A stretch of DNA of 38,825 nucleotides from positions 1 through 38,825 of the forward strand of contig PEYL01000079.1 of the NCBI GenBank assembly GCA_002774415.1. The letters are read 5' to 3'. This document shows, one piece after another, positions 15,346-22,689 of the stretch; within the stretch, counting starts at the first letter, position 1, and each line of letters begins with the position of its first letter. Made by a program: the position numbers and the translations under genes. This DNA is from Candidatus Portnoybacteria bacterium CG08_land_8_20_14_0_20_40_83 (GTDB lineage: Bacteria > Patescibacteriota > Minisyncoccia > Portnoybacterales > GWB1-42-6). The notes beneath the pieces are model-generated. The model was given only the letters and a program-made list of their open reading frames with translations, ran no database searches and was not told where the DNA came from.

Positions 15346-16584
15346 TCAAAATGAAGCATCTATGATTCCCCCGCCTAAAACTTCCCCCTTTTTACTGCAA
15401 AACACAACACTCTGGCCCGGCGTTGGAGCCCGTTGAGGCTTTTCAAAAATCAATTTTAATTGATTTTTGTCCTGAGCTTGTCGAAGAGTTGCCATAGCCG
15501 CTTCACTTTTATACCTTATTTTCGCCCAGACTCTCGTCGGCATATTCAATGGCTGACCGTCTACCCAATTAACATCGCTGACTATCAATTCCTTTCTATA
15601 TAAATCTTTCTCATCATTGCTCACATACAAAATATTTTTTCTGTTGTCTTTTTTGACTGCCCACCAAGGCCCCCGCCATGGAGCGGGCAAGCCTGCCAGA
15701 GGTAAATTCTTACGCTGGCCAATCGTGTAATAAGCCAATCCGGGATGTTCCCCTAAAACCTGACCTGCCAAATCCATAATTTTACCCGGTTTTATCTTTA
15801 GATATTTTTTAAGAAAACTTTGAGTGTCATTGGCGACAAAACATAAATCAAAACTCTCGCCCTGCCTGAATGGCAACCGCCACTTTTTTGCCATTTGATA
15901 AACTTTTTCTTTTGTATAGTCGCCTAATGGAAATATTACCCGATTCAATTGTTTCTGCATCAACGTATATAAAAAATAACTCTGATCTTTATTTGAATCT
16001 TTTCCTTTAAAAAGTTTGGTTTGGGATTTAAAATTTAGGATTTTGGATTTGTTTAGAATTTCGGATTTCTGATTTCGGATTTTACGTTGTAATCGGGCAT
16101 AATGTCCGGTCGCCACAAAATCCACTCCGATAGATAGCGCTTTTTCCATCATCAACCCGAATTTAATTTTTTTATTACAGACAATGCATGGATTTGGAGT
16201 TCTGCCTATGGTGGTCTCTTTCAAAAAATAATCCACTACCTCTTTTTTAAATTCTTTTTCCAGACGTAAAATATAAAAAGGAATGCCAAGTTTGGCAGCT
16301 ACGTTTCTTGCCGCCTGCTCAGCGCCCGCTGAACAACAGGTGTTGCGACCGCTCCTGCCTTCTTTCCAAAAGCGCATAAAAACTCCAACGACATCAAATC
16401 CTTGTTTTTTGAGCAACGCCGCGGCAACGGATGAATCAACCCCTCCAGACATTGCTACGACTACGCGCTTTTTTTCAGTTCCGCCGGCTTGCCCCGCAAA
16501 ATCCCGCAGGGATTTGCGCGGGGACATTGCGACAACAACCTTTCGGCTTTGTTTTTCAATTTGATTTAAAGCAACTTTTGTCAT
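15346..16584 (-). CDS. mnmA: tRNA 2-thiouridine(34) synthase MnmA with three repeat-like in-frame inserts
   Basis: PP-loop VVVAMSGGVDSSVAAALLKKQG, then NPCIVCNKKIKF, ATGHYAR and KDQSYFL. Extra segments relative to my memory of the orthologues are described in the findings. Confidence 0.9.
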   Translation of the reverse strand: MTKVALNQIEKQSRKVVVAMSPRKSLRDFAGQAGGTEKKRVVVAMSGGVDSSVAAALLKKQGFDVVGVFMRFWKEGRSGRNTCCSAGAEQAARNVAAKLGIPFYILRLEKEFKKEVVDYFLKETTIGRTPNPCIVCNKKIKFGLMMEKALSIGVDFVATGHYARLQRKIRNQKSEILNKSKILNFKSQTKLFKGKDSNKDQSYFLYTLMQKQLNRVIFPLGDYTKEKVYQMAKKWRLPFRQGESFDLCFVANDTQSFLKKYLKIKPGKIMDLAGQVLGEHPGLAYYTIGQRKNLPLAGLPAPWRGPWWAVKKDNRKNILYVSNDEKDLYRKELIVSDVNWVDGQPLNMPTRVWAKIRYKSEAAMATLRQAQDKNQLKLIFEKPQRAPTPGQSVVFCSKKGEVLGGGIIDASF

Positions 16585-16621
16585 ATAATAAAATCTAACC
16601 TAAACATTAACAAATGTAAAT

Positions 16622-17194
16622 ATGCTCAGCTATAGCGATTTAAGACCCGGCGTCTTTTTTATTTTAGACGGACAGCCTTATGAGGTGCTGGAATTTTCGT
16701 TTTTGCGCATGCAGCAAAGAAAGCCGGTTGCCCAGACAAAAATAAAAAATCTTATATCGGGAAAAATCATTAGCCGTAATTTTCAGCCCAATGAAACTTT
16801 CCAAGACGCCAATATTAATTATAAAGACGTAAAATTTCTTTATAACCATCGCGAAAAATTTGTTTTCTGCGAAATTAACGACCCTTCAAAAAGATTTGAA
16901 TTGGAAGAAAGTCAGATCGGCGAATTAAACAAATTTATGAAACCCAATAGCGAACTGGAAGTAATTGAATTTAATAATAAAATTATAAATATTGCCCTGC
17001 CAATAAAAATGGATTTTAAAGTCATTGAGGCGCCGCCCGGCATCAAAGGCGATACGGCCCAAGGCGGCACCAAAGCGGTCAAAATAGAGACCGGAGCGAC
17101 GATAAATGTGCCTCTCTTCATAGAAGAAGACGACATCATCAGAGTAAACACCCAAACTAGCTTGTATACGGAACGAATAGAAAAATCAAAGTAA
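16622..17194 (+). CDS. efp: Elongation factor P
   Basis: 190 aa: LRPGVFFILDGQPYEVLEFSF...KFLYNHREKFVFCEINDPS...APPGIKGDTAQGGTKAVKIETGATINVPLFIEEDDIIRVNTQTSLYTER. The modification loop is atypical (see findings). Confidence 0.9.
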   Translation: MLSYSDLRPGVFFILDGQPYEVLEFSFLRMQQRKPVAQTKIKNLISGKIISRNFQPNETFQDANINYKDVKFLYNHREKFVFCEINDPSKRFELEESQIGELNKFMKPNSELEVIEFNNKIINIALPIKMDFKVIEAPPGIKGDTAQGGTKAVKIETGATINVPLFIEEDDIIRVNTQTSLYTERIEKSK

Positions 17195-17220
17195 TAAATT
17201 ACTTAATTAGACAATTAATG

Positions 17221-17245
17221 AAAATCCGCCCCAAAGGCGGATTTT
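17221..17245. terminator. Bidirectional intrinsic terminator (efp / ATPase gene convergent)
   Basis: AAAATCCGCC-ccaaa-GGCGGATTTT: a 10-bp stem flanked by A and T runs. Confidence 0.75.
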
Positions 17246-17279
17246 TCCTAGTAGTAAATTACTATCTGCTAGTCGCTAT

Positions 17280-19100
17280 TTATAATTCTATCTTCTCTCC
17301 CTCATTTAAAACTTCCCTATTTGAATTGTCAGATTTGTTTTCGCTACGCTTACTATTCTGGCCTGGGACCGAATTGCTTTTTTTCTCTTCCGCATCGTTT
17401 TCTTCCTCGTTTTTTAAAACTTCATGCAGGGTCTCGCGCAGCTCCGACAAATTAACTTCTTTTTTCTTTCTTCGCGAATCTGAAAATTTGGCCGGCTCTT
17501 TCCCAGCGGCTTGGGCCAAAGAAATAGGTTCGCCAGTATCTTTAATTAAAATCTCGCTTGAAGGTTTTGAGTTTTCCGGTCTGAAGTTTGGCGTAAAGGT
17601 TCGTGAAGTGGACGCAGAAAAAGTTCTTCCTTGCTCCCGCATTTTTGGCAAACAATCTTTGCAATAGACGGGCCTGACCCCATCGGGCTTAAATTTTACC
17701 TGAATTTTTTTGCCGCAATTGGCGCAAATTGCATCAAACATTGGCTGCTGCTGTTCATGAAATTCTGTTTCATGCGCTCTTGAAAATTCTTTCCCCAAAG
17801 TTTTTCTTTCCTCTTCTTCGTTTTTAATTACTCCGCTCCATTTGGCAATTTTTTCCTCAACTTCGCTGCGGCTCGTGCTGTAGCGCTCTCGGGAAACCTT
17901 AATGATTGTTTCTTTATACGAAACTTCGGGTTTGGGAAACGGAGCGAGAGTTGTGGCGGAAAAAGGCCGCGAAGCCATGCCATCAATCATCAGTTTCAAA
18001 TAAATCTGCGCAAAGCCAAGCCCCACCAGGTCGTTGACCGTAAACTCCGGCTCAAATTCTTTTTCAATAAATTCAGCGTCATACCCGCCGACTCTGAAAA
18101 TAATCATCGTGCCCACGTTCCCAAAAACCGCGTCTCGCACCGGTTCAACCATCTGGGTGATATACTGATGCGCCAAAATTAAATCCAGGTGGTATTTTCT
18201 GGCTTCAGACAAAATTGCAGCAAACGATTCGGTAGCAAAATTTTGAAACTCGTCAACATATAAATAAAAATCTTTGCGTTCTTCTTCTGGCACATCAATC
18301 CGCGACATGGCGGCCAGCTGAAGCCGCGTGATAAGCATGGCGCCCAGTAAAGCGGAATTGTCCTCGCCAATCCTGCCTTTGGATAAATTCATGACAAATA
18401 TCTTCTCCTCGTCCATAATCTCACGGATATCAATGGCTGATTTTGTCTGACCGACAATATTGCGAATCAAAGGACTTGTCAAAAACTGCCCGACTTTGTT
18501 TTGAATCGGTGCCACTGCCTCGGCCATAAATCTGTCGGGATATTTGGTGAATTCATCAACCCAAAAACTTTTAACAACCGGGTCGGTAATTTTTTCCACC
18601 ACTTTTTTACGGTATTCCTTATCAATCAAAATGCGCATAATGCCAAGAAGGGTTGAGCCGGGATATTCCAAAAGAGCCAAGATTGCATTTCGTAAAAGAT
18701 ATTCAAGCCTCGGACCCCATGACTCTGCCCATAGTTTTTTAAAAACACCTACGAGCCCCGAAGCAATAAGATGCCTATGTTCAGGATCAACTTTTTCAAT
18801 GGCATTGAAAGCAATCGGAAAATCCAAATCGGCCGGATTGAAATAAATCACATCATTGATCCGGTTCGAAGGCACATAATCAAGAATTTTTTCGGAAAAT
18901 TCGCCGTGCGGATCAACGATACCAACGCCCCTGCCTGCCTGAATATCTTGAATCGCCATATTTTCTTCAAGGGTTGTTTTCCCGGTGCCGGTTTTCCCGA
19001 TAATATAAAAATGTCTCCGGCGGTCGTCGGCTTTTATCCCAAATTTAACTCTCTGATTACGAAAGTTAGTCTCGGCAAATAATGTTAGTTCTTCATTCAT
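17280..19100 (-). CDS. VirD4/TraD/TrwB-like (type IV coupling-protein-like) P-loop ATPase with a C-terminal zinc ribbon and a charged tail
   Basis: 606 aa. Walker A is YIIGKTGTGKTT and Walker B is FYLYVDEFQNF, followed by ARKYHLDLILAHQY. This is the pattern of TraD/VirD4/HerA-like hexameric translocases. The soluble N-terminus has no TM segment. The C-terminal ribbon is CANCGKKIQVKFKPDGVRPVYCKDC, followed by a ~130-aa low-complexity tail. Confidence 0.7.
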   Translation of the reverse strand: MNEELTLFAETNFRNQRVKFGIKADDRRRHFYIIGKTGTGKTTLEENMAIQDIQAGRGVGIVDPHGEFSEKILDYVPSNRINDVIYFNPADLDFPIAFNAIEKVDPEHRHLIASGLVGVFKKLWAESWGPRLEYLLRNAILALLEYPGSTLLGIMRILIDKEYRKKVVEKITDPVVKSFWVDEFTKYPDRFMAEAVAPIQNKVGQFLTSPLIRNIVGQTKSAIDIREIMDEEKIFVMNLSKGRIGEDNSALLGAMLITRLQLAAMSRIDVPEEERKDFYLYVDEFQNFATESFAAILSEARKYHLDLILAHQYITQMVEPVRDAVFGNVGTMIIFRVGGYDAEFIEKEFEPEFTVNDLVGLGFAQIYLKLMIDGMASRPFSATTLAPFPKPEVSYKETIIKVSRERYSTSRSEVEEKIAKWSGVIKNEEEERKTLGKEFSRAHETEFHEQQQPMFDAICANCGKKIQVKFKPDGVRPVYCKDCLPKMREQGRTFSASTSRTFTPNFRPENSKPSSEILIKDTGEPISLAQAAGKEPAKFSDSRRKKKEVNLSELRETLHEVLKNEEENDAEEKKSNSVPGQNSKRSENKSDNSNREVLNEGEKIEL

Positions 19101-19118
19101 TTATTTTTTCCTTCTTTA

Positions 19119-19262
19119 GCGTAAAGCAAGCGGCTTCTGGAACCATCGAGCGACGAGCGGGCATGGTATCCCGACGAAGCGTCGGGACGAGCGAGGAGCT
19201 CGCTGGAGCAGAAAATTCCCGCTGGGAATTTTCTGAGTTTCCAGAAGCCGCTTGCTTTACGC
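19119..19262. repeat. 144-nt multi-hairpin element closed by a perfect 24-bp inverted repeat
   Basis: GCGTAAAGCAAGCGGCTTCTGGAA (19119-19142) is the exact reverse complement of 19239-19262. The interior has hairpins CCCGACG-aag-CGTCGGG, GAGCGAG-gagc-TCGCT and GAAAATTCCC-gct-GGGAATTTTC. It lies between the membrane-protein stop (19271) and the ATPase start (19100). Confidence 0.85.
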
Positions 19263-19270
19263 CGCTTCCC

Positions 19271-20452
19271 CTACCCTGTCGGCAGCCCAAGCGGCGGCTC
19301 GGCTTTCTTTGTTTCAAGCCAAGGAGTCATAGGCGCTTTAACCGAAGTTGTCGGGAAATGGAAAAGACTGGCTAATTCTTCAATATTAAATATATAGCCT
19401 TTCTCCCAAAAACTTCTTGTTTTCAGAAGACGGAGCAGTCTGCGCTGCTTGAAAATTTTTCTTTGTTTTGCAAAAAGATAATTGGCTTTTGTCGTGGTGA
19501 CTTTATCCGGCCTCAAATTGTTAGCGTTTAAAGACGCGAACTGATTGAATAAGCCCATGATGGCGCCGACATTAGGCATAGCAAAAATTTCCCTCCGTCC
19601 AAAATAGCCAAACTGAATTTTTGCTTCGTATCCTTTTTTTGCCGCTTTTAGTTCGATGGCGTTTATGGTCTCTCTTTGTCCGGGCGATAACATCTGAAAA
19701 GGAACAGCCGCTCCCACTTCCGTGGGGACAGCGGCTGGCCTTATTTTGTCCATTAAGCTCTTAACTTCTTTTTCTGACCTTTTAACCCAATCATCCGCCA
19801 ACGGCCTGATCAGAATCTGAATCCATATCTGTTCCCCTTGTTTCAACTTACTCATCACTTCCATCAGACCGGCTAAGGGATCAATAAAAGGAGGGCTTGT
19901 TGGCCGCATAACGATATCAACGTGCTGCATATAGGTCCGGATCGGATAAACATCGCTTTTTGATAATCTTAAACGCGCTCCCCAAATATCCCAGTTTTTA
20001 TTTGGGATATCTGTCGGAACATTTTGGACATAATCATCGGTTTCTTTAATTTCTGCCTGCGGATACTGGCTATAAATTTGAGCTTCAATTAAATTCCTGA
20101 ATTTTGCCGCCCCTCTAATGAAAAAATGGATTTCGCCATTGATGCCAACGATTTCAAGACTGAAGTAATCCTGTGTTCTACCTTCAAAATACTTCTGATA
20201 TTTGGTTGTCACCGTACCAAAAATCCCCCAAAATCCGGCAAACACTTGCTCCATTATTTTGGGGGTTCGTTCAATATCCCTGGGAGGCCTAATTTCTAAA
20301 ATTCGCCAGTCTATGCCTTGCCAATAAACGCGTTTTATATAATACATCCATGTCTCAAAAAAGGCGACTGCCAAAACTATCGGCAGCCATATCCAACCAA
20401 TGTCAAAGATAAATCTTATTATTGTTTTTAAAACCTCAAAGGTAAAATTCAT
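19271..20452 (-). CDS. Hypothetical membrane protein, partner of the VirD4-like ATPase
   Basis: 393 aa with an N-terminal hydrophobic segment IIRFIFDIGWIWLPIVLAVAFF and a second weaker one, VFAGFWGIFGTV. The rest is a soluble domain I cannot assign to a named family. Confidence 0.55.
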   Translation of the reverse strand: MNFTFEVLKTIIRFIFDIGWIWLPIVLAVAFFETWMYYIKRVYWQGIDWRILEIRPPRDIERTPKIMEQVFAGFWGIFGTVTTKYQKYFEGRTQDYFSLEIVGINGEIHFFIRGAAKFRNLIEAQIYSQYPQAEIKETDDYVQNVPTDIPNKNWDIWGARLRLSKSDVYPIRTYMQHVDIVMRPTSPPFIDPLAGLMEVMSKLKQGEQIWIQILIRPLADDWVKRSEKEVKSLMDKIRPAAVPTEVGAAVPFQMLSPGQRETINAIELKAAKKGYEAKIQFGYFGRREIFAMPNVGAIMGLFNQFASLNANNLRPDKVTTTKANYLFAKQRKIFKQRRLLRLLKTRSFWEKGYIFNIEELASLFHFPTTSVKAPMTPWLETKKAEPPLGLPTG

Positions 20453-20478
20453 TTTCTCTTTTTAAAAAACTTGGCGGC

Positions 20479-21540
20479 TTAGGCGATATTAAAACGCCCG
20501 TCCTCCAGCCTTTTGAAATATTTTTTGTTTTGAAGATTGATTAAGATGGTATTTTCCTTAATCAGCCTCTTGGCTAAAACTTTTTTAACTATATTTTCTT
20601 TAGACAAAGACCCTTCTTTTTTTAAAATGTCATAGATAACATCCAAAACAGTGCCGGGCTCGTAACCCCATTCGGCTAACGCATAAATCCCGCGGCCGAT
20701 TAAAACAAAACGCGGATCTTTTATCAGCTCGTTATGAACCGTCTGAATATAAGCCGGTCGCAGATTAGGAAGCTGGGAATTGATAAGCTCCGTGATTTCA
20801 GAAAAATGAAACGGTCGGCTTTCTTTTTTCAAAATCAAATAAGCCTTATCCCGCACGCCTCTGGGAGAAATTTCCGGCCAGCCGACCGGCCCAAATTCGC
20901 CAAAATTATTTTGCTCAATTAATTTAGAAGCGTCAATATAAGAAAGCACGGCTTTATCAGAGACACCGGACAAGCCTTTTTTAATAATCTCTGAAAGTTC
21001 TTTATCGCCTAAGGGCCGGCGATTTTTATCAAAGTATTTTATTGCCGAGTCAACTGTTTTTTTTGCAATTTTTATGGAATTTTTATTGATAGTCCAGGAT
21101 GGATAAAATTGGTCGGTCTCCGCCAGCCTTTCAAATGGTTGACTCAAAGTCAAAATTAAACTAATAGCGGCGCGGCAAAGCGTAAGTTCTTCTCCTTCTT
21201 TTTCCATCTGGGCCAGTTTTTGGGCAGGCAAGCAAAAACAGACTAAATCATTAAAAGTTTTTTCTTCCCGGCGCATATCGCCGTAGTCTTTAAAATAAGT
21301 ATGGATCTCGTCTTGAAGAGGTTTCAGCCTCAATTGAACTTCGGGCTGCGCTAAATGATCGAGGCCGTTCTTTTCAATCTGGCGGACCCGCTCTCTTGTA
21401 ATATTGTATTGATCACCAATTTCCTGAAGAGTTTGCGGAATCCCGCCGGCTAAGCCAAAACGTCGGCGAATCACATCCTGAGTTCTCCGATTATTTACCT
21501 CCTCCAAAATTTCTGAAACTAAATTATATGGATTTTCCAT
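20479..21540 (-). CDS. Sigma-70 region-4-like HTH protein with a C-terminal HARE-HTH-like winged helix
   Basis: The N-terminus VIRRRFGLAGGIPQTLQEIGDQYNITRERVRQIEKNGLDHL is a region 4.2 signature. The C-terminal part RPFHFSEITELINSQ...TVHNELIKDPRFVLIGRGIYALAEWGY resembles the HARE-HTH of RpoE/delta-type proteins. Confidence 0.6.
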   Translation of the reverse strand: MENPYNLVSEILEEVNNRRTQDVIRRRFGLAGGIPQTLQEIGDQYNITRERVRQIEKNGLDHLAQPEVQLRLKPLQDEIHTYFKDYGDMRREEKTFNDLVCFCLPAQKLAQMEKEGEELTLCRAAISLILTLSQPFERLAETDQFYPSWTINKNSIKIAKKTVDSAIKYFDKNRRPLGDKELSEIIKKGLSGVSDKAVLSYIDASKLIEQNNFGEFGPVGWPEISPRGVRDKAYLILKKESRPFHFSEITELINSQLPNLRPAYIQTVHNELIKDPRFVLIGRGIYALAEWGYEPGTVLDVIYDILKKEGSLSKENIVKKVLAKRLIKENTILINLQNKKYFKRLEDGRFNIA

Positions 21541-21580
21541 GACACACAGAAAGCGTAGCCTCGTCCTTTGGACTCGGCAT

Positions 21581-21650
21581 ACACGGAAACGCCCACACGG
21601 ATATTATTATATCGGGGTCATCCGTGTGTAATCCGGGTATCAGTGTCGCT
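21581..21650 (-). promoter_or_regulatory. Conserved ~70-nt leader motif, copy 1 (upstream of the HTH/membrane/ATPase operon)
   Basis: By hand alignment, 56 of 70 positions are identical to 35602-35670. The hairpin is CACACGGAT (21594-21602) / ATCCGTGTG (21620-21628). It lies downstream of the promoter-like site at 21668-21696. Confidence 0.5.
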
Positions 21651-21667
21651 TTTTTTTAATTACCTAA

Positions 21668-21696
21668 AGAATATCACACTATCCAAATCTTGTCAA
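21668..21696 (-). promoter_or_regulatory. Possible promoter for the HTH/membrane/ATPase operon
   Basis: The minus strand reads TTGACA (21696-21691), a 17-nt spacer, then TATTCT (21673-21668). It sits immediately after the secF stop. Confidence 0.4.
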
Positions 21697-21701
21697 ATCA
21701 A

Positions 21702-22607
21702 CTATTTCTTTGCCGTCAGCCGTTTCTGCCTTAATCTTTCCCAACTGACAAGCAAGGAGCTGGCAATAAAGATAGACGAATACGTGCCAAAGAACACGCC
21801 AATCAGCAAGATCAGGGAAAAATACTTAGTCGTTTCGCCGCCAAACAAATATATGGAGAATAATGTGAAAATGACAACCAAAGATGTGGTGATTGAACGG
21901 CCAATTGTCTGATTAATGCTCGCCTCAACTGTGTTTTCAAAATCTCCGGATCCGCCTTTGCGCAAATTTTCTCTGATCCGGTCAAAGACCACGATTGTGT
22001 CATGAACGGAAAAACCAAGAATCGTCAAAATCGCTGTAACAAATAAAAGTCCGGCTTCGGCTTCCAAAAAATGCCCTAAGACAACAAAGAGTCCAGTTGG
22101 AATGGTTACATCGTGCAACAATGCTAAAATTGCAGCTACGCCGTAACGCCAGGAAGCGACAGGCCGGGATACCTTTCTGAAAGCATAGGCGATATAGATA
22201 ATAATCATCAAAAGGACGCCGCCAATCGCCCACAAAGATCTGCTTTTCAATTCTTGTCCAATTACTGGCCCGACTGATTCAAAACTCTTCTCTTCGGCCT
22301 CGGCTGGAACGCCTAATTCTGATAAAATTTTCTGATGTATTTCTTCATTCACGTCTTTAAATTTAAGAATGTATCCTTTGTCGCCGATTGGCTGAGTGCT
22401 TATATTTCCCAACCCTAAATCTTTTAATTTATCCTGAGTCGCGCTAATGGACGGCCTTTCGTTCTTGAATTCAATTTGCATGAGAGAACCGCCCGTAAAA
22501 TCAATGCCCAATTTTAATCCCCAAAAAATCAACGCTAAAATACTGGCGCCAACAAATATTCCAGAAATGATAAAAAATATTCTTCGGTTGTGGATAATAG
22601 GAATCAT
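21702..22607 (-). CDS. secF: Protein-export membrane protein SecF
   Basis: 301 aa: LGIDFTGGSLMQIEF, multiple TM segments, and HDTIVVFDRIREN. It is downstream of secD. Confidence 0.9.
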   Translation of the reverse strand: MIPIIHNRRIFFIISGIFVGASILALIFWGLKLGIDFTGGSLMQIEFKNERPSISATQDKLKDLGLGNISTQPIGDKGYILKFKDVNEEIHQKILSELGVPAEAEEKSFESVGPVIGQELKSRSLWAIGGVLLMIIIYIAYAFRKVSRPVASWRYGVAAILALLHDVTIPTGLFVVLGHFLEAEAGLLFVTAILTILGFSVHDTIVVFDRIRENLRKGGSGDFENTVEASINQTIGRSITTSLVVIFTLFSIYLFGGETTKYFSLILLIGVFFGTYSSIFIASSLLVSWERLRQKRLTAKK

Positions 22608-22635
22608 ATTAAATGCGATCCTAATCTACGAATAG

Positions 22636-22689
22636 CATCCGAATTATCCGAATTCGGAACATTCGGATGAAAATTCGGATTATTCGGAT
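22636..22689. repeat. ATCCGAAT/ATTCGGAT palindrome plus direct repeats in the secD-secF junction
   Basis: CATCCGAAT-ta-TCCGAATTCGGA-ac-ATTCGGATG (22636-22669) is a near-perfect 34-nt palindrome, followed by AAAATTCGGATTATTCGGAT. The last unit overlaps the final secD codons and the stop. TTTCGGATTT-type units also occur inside mnmA (16060-16082). Confidence 0.75.

Noticed and set aside
17218-17667. 149-aa plus-strand ORF overlapping the terminator and the ATPase C-terminal tail
   Set aside because: It is antisense to the low-complexity tail of the 606-aa ATPase, its serine/leucine-rich translation is typical of antisense frames, and it starts inside the bidirectional terminator.
19082-19375. 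Mirror-image ORFs 19082-19375 (+) and 19093-19317 (-), both containing the peptide KQAASG
   Set aside because: They are by-products of the 24-bp-stem palindromic element at 19119-19262. Both strands read alike, and the plus-strand ORF also runs antisense to the 3-prime end of the membrane-protein gene (stop at 19271).
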